In this document: positions 61,901 through 64,000 of the stretch, piece after piece | How positions within the stretch are numbered: position 1 is the first letter of the stretch | Layout of the letters: every line of letters begins with the position of its first letter | Position numbers and translations under genes: made by a program | The notes under the pieces: generated by a model | Told to the model about the DNA's origin: nothing | Seen by the model: the letters and a program-made list of their open reading frames with translations, nothing else | Database searches by the model: none | NCBI RefSeq assembly: GCF_006345805.1 | Contig: NC_043024.1 | Coordinates: 11,470,001-11,534,000, forward strand | DNA length: 64,000 nucleotides | Origin: Octopus sinensis | Lineage: Eukaryota | Reading direction: 5' to 3'

Positions 61901-62543
61901 AATAGTAGTAGTAGTAATAGTAGAAGTAATAGTAGTAGTAGTAACAGTAGTAGTAGTAGTAATAGTAGTAGTAGTAACAGTAGTAGTAGTAATAGTAGTA
62001 GTAGTAATAGTAGTAGTAGTAGTAACAGTAGTAGTAGTAACAGTAGTAGTAGTAGTAGTAGTAACAGTAGTAGTAGTAGTAGTAGTAATAGTAACAATAG
62101 TAGTAGTAGTAGTAGTAGTAACAGTAGTAGTAGTAGTAGTAGTAATAGTAACAATAGTAGTAGTAGTAGTAGTAGTAACAGTAGTAGTAGTAGTAGTAGT
62201 CGTAGTAGTAACAGTAGTAGTAGTAGTAACAGTAGTAGTAGTAACAGTAGTAGTAGTAGTAATAGTAGTAGTAGTAGTAACAGTAGTAGTAGTAACAGTA
62301 ATAGTAGTAGTAGTAATAGTAGTAGTAGTAATAGTAGTAGTAGTAATAGTAACAGTAGTAGTAGTAGTAGTAGTAGTACAGTAGTAGTAGTCGTAGTAGT
62401 AATAGTAGTAGTAGTTGTAGTAGTAGTAACAGTAGTAGTATTAGTAGTAGTAGTAGTAGTATTTTTCTTGAACCTTAGAACTCATAAAACTGATTACCTG
62501 GTCCCCCATGGACTATAAGGGACGAAGACCATAACATTCCCCC
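1073..62543 (-). CDS. DNHD1: Dynein heavy chain domain-containing protein 1-like, partial gene model (32 exons; start and 3' part outside window)
   Basis: Manual splicing of 32 GT-AG exons gives one frame of about 1,410 aa. It has dynein tail/linker motifs: [66 protein letters not shown]. Segments [42 protein letters not shown] and GKFLDP match human DNHD1 as I recall it, rather than canonical DNAH. Orthology needs BLAST or a tree. Confidence 0.85.
1711..1921. mobile_element. Fold-back element (probable Penelope-like LTR derivative) inserted in (TA)n
   Basis: 65-bp inverted arms 1776-1840 / 1857-1921 with 1 mismatch, a 65-bp unique tail, and (TA)n on both sides. Confidence 0.7.
1854..1904 (+). 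ncRNA. Candidate type I hammerhead ribozyme
   Basis: AGCTTC | CTGATGA | T-TTC-ATTT-GAA-T | GAA | ACAG-TTCTAGTC-CTGT | A | GAAGCT: 6-bp stem I, full core, 4-bp stem III, GUA cleavage triplet. Confidence 0.65.
2545..3098 (+). mobile_element. Non-autonomous Helitron family H2 (partial unit plus 391-bp unit 2708-3098); another copy at 25473-25869
   Basis: 5' TC(TATATATATAAAG), 3' hairpin CCCGAGCAACGCCGGG then CTAG|T; head-to-tail CTAG|TC junction at 2707/2708. Confidence 0.8.
3144..3275 (-). CDS. DNHD1: Exon 31 (132 nt, 0>0): [17 protein letters not shown]...LLSIIETM
   Basis: atattccag acceptor, ATG|gttggt donor. Confidence 0.88.
3712..4830 (+). mobile_element. SINE family B tandem array (6 units of about 175-185 bp)
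   Basis: Repeated gtatttcgtctgccg..GAGTTCAAATTCC..gtcgactttgcctttcatcctttcggggtcgat..agtaaagaaatag. Other copies: 9379-9610(-), 12740-12965(+), 23503-24290(-), 26155-26745(-), 30005-30200(+), 42940-43220(-), 51225-51455(+). Confidence 0.85.
6195..6293 (-). CDS. DNHD1: Exon 30 (99 nt, 0>0): [33 protein letters not shown]
   Basis: aattccag acceptor, gtaagc donor; completes the W..Q..W.YL..IF motif. Confidence 0.92.
6360..6790 (+). mobile_element. SINE-like family D (GGAAGGGCATCCAGCTGTAGAAAC core, ..GGAAAGCGGACGTTAAAC(GAT)n tail)
   Basis: At least ten copies, e.g. 9950-10210, 11340-11580, 12690-13110, 17145-17380, 18160-18470, 21850-22160, 27765-28230, 60360-60630 (minus) and 43260-43610 (plus); contains a variable about 65-bp sub-repeat. 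Confidence 0.75.
6923..7057 (-). CDS. DNHD1: Exon 29 (135 nt, 0>0): [12 protein letters not shown]...[11 protein letters not shown]
   Basis: ttttcttctag acceptor, AAG|gtatgt donor. Confidence 0.92.
7213..8120 (+). mobile_element. tRNA-derived SINE family C, about 3 tandem/partial copies; also 15660-15945(-) and 37330-38355
   Basis: Head GGAGGCGCAATGGCCCAGTGGTTAGGGCAGCGGA(C/T)TCGCGG..GGTTTCGATTCC: A box, B box and a TCG (Arg-like) anticodon position. Confidence 0.8.
8370..8900. repeat. Polypurine (GAGAGAGGAAGGGAGG)n-type degenerate minisatellite
   Basis: Read directly from the sequence. Confidence 0.9.
9125..9246 (-). CDS. DNHD1: Exon 28 (122 nt, 1>0): RSELESS...[17 protein letters not shown]
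   Basis: tatttgtag acceptor, gtaagc donor; YIL.G.DE motif. Confidence 0.9.
10297..10464 (+). mobile_element. Probable Penelope-like LTR fragment with a minimal hammerhead-like motif (10342-10377)
   Basis: CTTT|CTGTAGA|A|GAGC-ATAG-GCTC|GAA|ATGT|A|AAAG; lies between (TA)n tracts. Confidence 0.5.
12190..12430 (-). CDS. DNHD1: Exon 27 (241 nt, 0>1): [10 protein letters not shown]...[28 protein letters not shown]...
   Basis: caatttcag acceptor, gtaagg donor; RHW motif and start of DHC_N2. Confidence 0.93.
13810..14501 (+). mobile_element. Three tandem mariner-derived MITEs (about 215-220 bp, period about 240 bp)
   Basis: TIR ~GAGGGGTGCTGAAAAGTTCCTGGCTTT with TA flanks; interior encodes a mariner C-terminus-like [23 protein letters not shown]. 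Confidence 0.8.
14585..14755 (-). CDS. DNHD1: Exon 26 (171 nt, 0>0): [13 protein letters not shown]...[14 protein letters not shown]
   Basis: ttttgcag acceptor, AAG|gtaagt donor. Confidence 0.92.
15246..15443 (-). CDS. DNHD1: Exon 25 (198 nt, 0>0): [13 protein letters not shown]...[24 protein letters not shown]
   Basis: tcttttcttag acceptor, AAG|gtaaat donor; LW......W...F motif; not in the supplied ORF track. Confidence 0.9.
15961..17556. mobile_element. Non-autonomous Tc1/pogo-type DNA transposon (1,596 bp) with a nested family-D SINE
   Basis: 27-bp TIR CCGTAAAAACCCATGTAATTTACACAC with 2 mismatches at the right end; TA on both sides. Confidence 0.7.
17585..17890 (+). mobile_element. tRNA-derived SINE with a CORE-like ccttgagcaagacactt segment; relatives at 40470-40810, 4975-5205(-), 30730-31045(-), 58440-58730(-)
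   Basis: TGGCTTAGTGGTTAGG A box and GAGTTCAATTCC B box. Confidence 0.7.
18628..18729 (-). CDS. DNHD1: Exon 24 (102 nt, 0>0): [34 protein letters not shown]
   Basis: Strong pyrimidine tract plus ttacag acceptor, GAG|gtactt donor; FLDP motif. Confidence 0.85.
18770..20540. repeat. 1.77-kb compound (GAT)n microsatellite with GGT/GGC/GAC variants
   Basis: Read directly; source of the poly-M/H/I/S/D ORFs. Confidence 0.97.
21640..21801 (-). CDS. DNHD1: Exon 23 (162 nt, 0>0): [14 protein letters not shown]...ESDEKFK
   Basis: gaacag acceptor, gtaaga donor. Confidence 0.88.
22620..22955. repeat. (GAA/GGA)n + (CAA)n compound microsatellite
   Basis: Read directly from the sequence. Confidence 0.95.
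22984..23106 (-). CDS. DNHD1: Exon 22 (123 nt, 0>0): [15 protein letters not shown]...EYTEDLYN
   Basis: tttttattttag acceptor, gtaaag donor; P....EFV.Y motif. Confidence 0.9.
24321..24536 (-). CDS. DNHD1: Exon 21 (216 nt, 0>0): [13 protein letters not shown]...QKRMAEISK
   Basis: ttttttctttccag acceptor, AAG|gtgtgg donor. Confidence 0.85.
27006..27176 (-). CDS. DNHD1: Exon 20 (acceptor 27176 or 27171; ends phase 0): (PR)[16 protein letters not shown]...[11 protein letters not shown]...ETIQ
   Basis: CAG|gtgagt donor; two CAG acceptors 5 nt apart; see finding on this junction. Confidence 0.85.
27200..27780. repeat. (TA)n/(CA)n/(TACA)n compound microsatellite directly upstream of the exon 20 acceptor
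   Basis: Read directly from the sequence. Confidence 0.95.
28465..29363. mobile_element. Tandem array of piggyBac-like MITEs (units 28642-28861, 28893-29113, 29145-29363 plus a partial; period about 251 bp)
   Basis: TTAA|CCCTTT(C/T)GTTACC ... GGTAAC(A/G)AAAGGG|TTAA; diverged inverted relative at 40815-41040. Confidence 0.8.
29439..29589 (-). CDS. DNHD1: Exon 19 (151 nt, 1>2): [11 protein letters not shown]...[20 protein letters not shown]
   Basis: ccattcag acceptor, GA|gtgaga donor; GQY.P....LE motif. Confidence 0.85.
31179..31324 (-). CDS. DNHD1: Exon 18 (146 nt, 2>1): [15 protein letters not shown]...QLESLHR
   Basis: tttcctttccag acceptor, AG|gtaggg donor; phases fit. Confidence 0.8.
31385..31860. 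repeat. (CCA/CAC)n compound microsatellite
   Basis: Read directly from the sequence. Confidence 0.95.
32215..32401 (-). CDS. DNHD1: Exon 17 (187 nt, 1>2): [14 protein letters not shown]...SYTHKIS
   Basis: tcttttcttccctcag acceptor, gtaagt donor. Confidence 0.85.
32560..33030. repeat. About 20-bp minisatellite CATCCACCTACCCATTCACC derived from (CCAT)n
   Basis: Read directly from the sequence. Confidence 0.9.
33140..34795. repeat. 1.65-kb (CA)n-based minisatellite, unit ~CATACAGACAAGCACTCACG(CA)n
   Basis: Read directly; about 40 units. Confidence 0.95.
34875..35035 (-). CDS. DNHD1: Exon 16 (161 nt, 2>1): [17 protein letters not shown]...[10 protein letters not shown]
   Basis: tatttcag acceptor, AG|gtgaga donor; LG.F..LV..M motif. 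Confidence 0.9.
35045..36745. repeat. 1.7-kb (AAT)n microsatellite
   Basis: Read directly from the sequence. Confidence 0.97.
38467..38547 (-). CDS. DNHD1: Exon 15 (81 nt, 2>2): [26 protein letters not shown]
   Basis: Long pyrimidine tract plus caacag acceptor, AG|gtattt donor. Confidence 0.8.
38760..39240 (+). pseudogene. Degenerate mariner (Himar1/irritans-like) transposase fragment
   Basis: [18 protein letters not shown]..., [44 protein letters not shown]; frameshifts and stops; the second catalytic D reads G. Confidence 0.85.
39619..39708 (-). CDS. DNHD1: Exon 14 (90 nt, 2>2): [29 protein letters not shown]
   Basis: ttttctccaacag acceptor (in-frame alternative AG at 39699), gtaagt donor. 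Confidence 0.8.
39780..40470. repeat. (TG)n-based minisatellite, about 60-bp unit, about 11 copies
   Basis: Unit ~gtgtgtatgcatgtgtgtttgtgtgtatgcgtttgtgtgcatgtaagtgtgtgtgcat. Confidence 0.95.
41075..41158 (-). CDS. DNHD1: Exon 13 (84 nt, 2>2): [27 protein letters not shown]
   Basis: cttttccattgcag acceptor, AG|gttgta donor (weak); TYTL..F motif. Confidence 0.8.
41215..41757 (+). mobile_element. 5'-truncated R4/Dong-clade non-LTR retrotransposon (restriction-like endonuclease end plus 3' UTR); shorter copies at 44899-45180 and 6826-6870
   Basis: [44 protein letters not shown] is the R4-type RLE; each copy ends in (AAT)n. Confidence 0.85.
41793..42340 (+). mobile_element. About 556-bp non-coding interspersed repeat (family E) flanked by (AAT)n
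   Basis: TGCCCTGATGCAGTACCAGG..CTCTCTCACTCA. Other copies: 36746-37181 (3' part lost), 44311-44862, 52095-52650(-), 59876-60049(-, partial), 62997-63553. Confidence 0.85.
42569..42616 (-). CDS. DNHD1: Exon 12 (48 nt, 2>2): [15 protein letters not shown]
   Basis: tttctttaacag acceptor, gtaaga donor; fills the expected gap between LLQIS and KTYTL. Confidence 0.8.
43843..43953 (-). CDS. DNHD1: Exon 11 (111 nt, 2>2): [36 protein letters not shown]
   Basis: ttattaccag acceptor, gtaagt donor; the true frame differs from the supplied ORF. Confidence 0.9.
45664..45833 (-). CDS. DNHD1: Exon 10 (170 nt, 0>2): [16 protein letters not shown]...[27 protein letters not shown]
   Basis: ttatattccag acceptor, AG|gtttct donor; GVLHV / W..E..LW...IPFF motif. 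Confidence 0.9.
45866..46968 (+). mobile_element. Head-to-tail non-autonomous Helitron array H1 (303 + 299 + 501 bp); deleted inverted copy at 55214-55446
   Basis: A|TC start, subterminal hairpin, CTAG|T end; junctions at 46168/46169 and 46467/46468. Confidence 0.85.
47262..47462 (+). mobile_element. Fold-back element 2 inserted in (TA)n
   Basis: 58-bp arms 47266-47323 / 47334-47391 with 2 mismatches and a 70-bp tail; absent from the paralogous segment at 48190-48381. Confidence 0.75.
48480..48629 (-). CDS. DNHD1: Exon 9 (150 nt, 0>0): [13 protein letters not shown]...[23 protein letters not shown]
   Basis: cctag acceptor, gtaggt donor; dynein-tail YLN..P....RPYDL motif. Confidence 0.9.
49889..49963 (-). 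CDS. DNHD1: Exon 8 (75 nt, 0>0): [25 protein letters not shown]
   Basis: Long pyrimidine tract plus aag acceptor, AAG|gtcagc donor; low-complexity linker peptide. Confidence 0.65.
50030..50575 (-). mobile_element. CR1-clade LINE 3' fragment (ORF2 C-terminus)
   Basis: [60 protein letters not shown]. Confidence 0.9.
50739..50806 (-). CDS. DNHD1: Exon 7 (68 nt, 1>0): (Y)[22 protein letters not shown]
   Basis: ttttacttctcag acceptor, CAG|gtaagt donor; resolves the phase between exons 6 and 8. Confidence 0.8.
53015..53105 (-). CDS. DNHD1: Exon 6 (91 nt, 0>1): [30 protein letters not shown]
   Basis: tttctctctttccag acceptor, gtaagt donor. Confidence 0.8.
53218..54455 (+). mobile_element. About 2.5 tandem copies (period about 478 bp) of a second CR1-like LINE 3' end
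   Basis: [38 protein letters not shown]; (ATT)n tail near 54450. Confidence 0.85.
54755..55045 (-). mobile_element. RTE-clade LINE 3' fragment
   Basis: [34 protein letters not shown] followed by a (TGA)n tail. Confidence 0.8.
55701..55874 (-). CDS. DNHD1: Exon 5 (174 nt, 0>0): [15 protein letters not shown]...EHIFSTKIY
   Basis: ttctttatccctccag acceptor, TAC|gtatgt donor; overlaps ORF 55650..55871. Confidence 0.8.
56802..57020. mobile_element. hAT (Charlie-type) MITE, 219 bp
   Basis: TIR CAGTG(C/G)TTTTCAAC; perfect 8-bp TSD GTCTAGAT at 56794-56801 and 57021-57028. Confidence 0.9.
57265..57760. repeat. (ATT/ATC)n compound microsatellite
   Basis: Read directly from the sequence. Confidence 0.95.
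58081..58182 (-). CDS. DNHD1: Exon 4 (102 nt, 0>0): [34 protein letters not shown]
   Basis: tgtttgttacag acceptor, CAG|gtaaag donor. Confidence 0.8.
58972..59122 (+). repeat. Interstitial telomeric tract (TTAGGG)n with TTAGGGG/TTTAGG/TTTGGG variants
   Basis: About 150 bp of direct telomere-type repeats; a short (CCCTAA)-like run also occurs at 2376-2398. Confidence 0.9.
59490..59577 (-). CDS. DNHD1: Exon 3 (88 nt, 2>0): [29 protein letters not shown]
   Basis: GAG|gtgagt donor, caaag acceptor, phases fit both neighbours. Confidence 0.75.
59690..59850 (-). mobile_element. Probable Penelope-like LTR fragment with a degenerate minimal hammerhead (59801-59756)
   Basis: GACAC|CTGATGA|A|GGCTG-GAGGGTATAT-CAGCC|GAA|CTGT|T|GTGTT; adjacent to (AAT)n. 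Confidence 0.6.
60050..60357 (-). mobile_element. Fold-back element 3
   Basis: 59-bp arms 60221-60279 / 60299-60357 with 1 mismatch and a unique tail of about 170 bp; part of the tail recurs near 60643-60670. Confidence 0.7.
61030..61533. repeat. 21-bp minisatellite TCAATGAGTAATGACTTGCGA, 24 copies
   Basis: Read directly; no indels across the 24 units. Confidence 0.97.
61565..61669 (-). CDS. DNHD1: Exon 2 (105 nt, 2>2): [34 protein letters not shown]
   Basis: tttctttttttacgtcag acceptor, AA|gtgagt donor, open frame, phase fits exon 3. Confidence 0.75.
61722..62461. repeat. 740-bp (GTA)n microsatellite filling the intron between exons 1 and 2
   Basis: Read directly from the sequence. Confidence 0.97.
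62498..62543 (-). CDS. DNHD1: Exon 1 in window (46 nt, phase 1>2): [14 protein letters not shown]
   Basis: ctctttcag acceptor and AG|gtaatc donor; phase matches the next exon; no recognisable motif. Confidence 0.55.
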
Positions 62544-64000
62544 CTGAAAGAGATGGCAATTTGTTGCAGGGTTCAAGACAAGCAATTTTTGAGGGGAGGG
62601 GGACAAGTCAATTAATAATAATGAAAAAAAAAAAAAGGCATCGGAGGGGCAATACATGCTCTGCTAACACACAAGGACAAAATAAAATATAATTTAATAT
62701 GTTCTCAGACGAATTCTTATTTCAACAAAATGACATCAAGAGTTATTTCCCCTGCCTACCGTTTATGCATCTGTAACAAATGGAAAAAAAACATTTTGAT
62801 TCACATGTCTGCCAGTTCTGAAGATAATCAAACCAAAATTTAATGAATTTGAGCCAATAACCCATTGAGTATTTATGCCGAATTTGGTGAAAACCTGTTC
62901 AGCCGTTTTTCAGTAATTTTTCAAAAACACAGACAAAGAACTACATTACTCTGCTTTCGTTTACGTGTGCAGGATAGTAATGAAAATAATAATAAATGTC
63001 CTGATGCAGTACCAGGCAGTGGCTCTCATGGCTTCTGATCTTAACTGATTGGAAGTGTTATCATGTACATTGTTTTGTCTTGGTATAAAAGATGGGCTAC
63101 AGCAAATATTCTGCTCAATACCACAGATTTGCTTGTCAGTTGTTTGACCTTAACCAGTTGAGTATGTCCCTTAGTGGCTGACGATTTGTGCATCTCTGAT
63201 CACGAGCAGAAGTAGTGGGGGAGCATCATAGCCATGCGTTGAGAAGGATTCTTTGGGGTTTGGATAATTCACCTCTGGAAACATGGGTGTTTCGTTCAAC
63301 ATCCTTAAACAACCCTTATTCAGGGACCTTTTGAGTGGAATGGGTTACTTGACCTGAAGAAAATTCTAAACTGGGCCCCACTTGCAAGGTCATGCGCTAT
63401 TTATCTTGATATGAGATCTCCATGTCGCGCACATATGGTTGTGATGCATGTGCCTGGTGTACCCTTATCAGACGAGTAGTCATGTTGGGTATATCGGGCT
63501 TTGTATATTTTACCCCAGTGTCACTTTGATGGCATGCACTGCTCTCTCACTCAATAATAATAATGATAATAATAATCCTTTCTACTAAAGGCACAAGGCC
63601 TGAAATTTTAGGGGAGGGGAGAAGTTGGTTACATCAACCCCAGTGTTTCACTGGTACTTAATTTATCGACCCTGGAAGGATGAAAGGCAAAGCCGACCTT
63701 GGTGGATTTTGAACCCAGGATCTTATGATGGAGAAAATACCACAAAGCATTTTGCCTGGCATGCTAATGGTTCTACCAGCTCAATGCTTTAAGGAATAAT
63801 AATAATCATGGTTTCAAATTTTTGCACAAGTTCAACAATTTGTTGAATTGGTTATATTGAGCTCCACCCAACCCTACCCCACTTCTCGGATGGTACTTAT
63901 TTTATTGACCCTGAAGGGATGAAAGACAGAATTGGAACAAACTCAGAACGTAAAGTGCCATTTTGACCAATGTGCTAATAATCCTATTTCTTTACTACCC

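Overview
AT-rich, repeat-saturated animal genomic DNA. Its SINE, MITE and microsatellite content resembles Octopus (recognised from memory, not searched). The window holds one protein-coding gene: the 5'/middle part of a dynein heavy chain gene on the minus strand, most like DNHD1. I reconstructed it by hand as 32 GT-AG exons (about 4.24 kb, about 1,410 aa) from 62543 down to about 1073. Phases are consistent at every junction except one ambiguous site (29439/27176). The gene continues past both window edges, and the part seen covers the N-terminal tail and most of the DHC_N2 linker. The introns hold at least five tRNA-type SINE families, CR1, RTE and R4/Dong LINE 3' ends, mariner, piggyBac, hAT and pogo-type DNA elements, Helitron arrays, kilobase microsatellites and an interstitial telomeric tract. 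Nearly all long ORFs in the supplied track are microsatellite artefacts. The main unexplained structure is a set of about 200-310 bp fold-back elements (58-65 bp inverted arms). One carries a complete type I hammerhead ribozyme fold (1854-1904) with a mirror copy on the other strand. Three further hammerhead-like motifs occur in probable Penelope-like LTR remnants. Also notable: an (AAT)n-associated R4/Dong retroelement with a candidate 556-bp non-coding partner, and a SINE whose multimers share one fixed junction at four loci.
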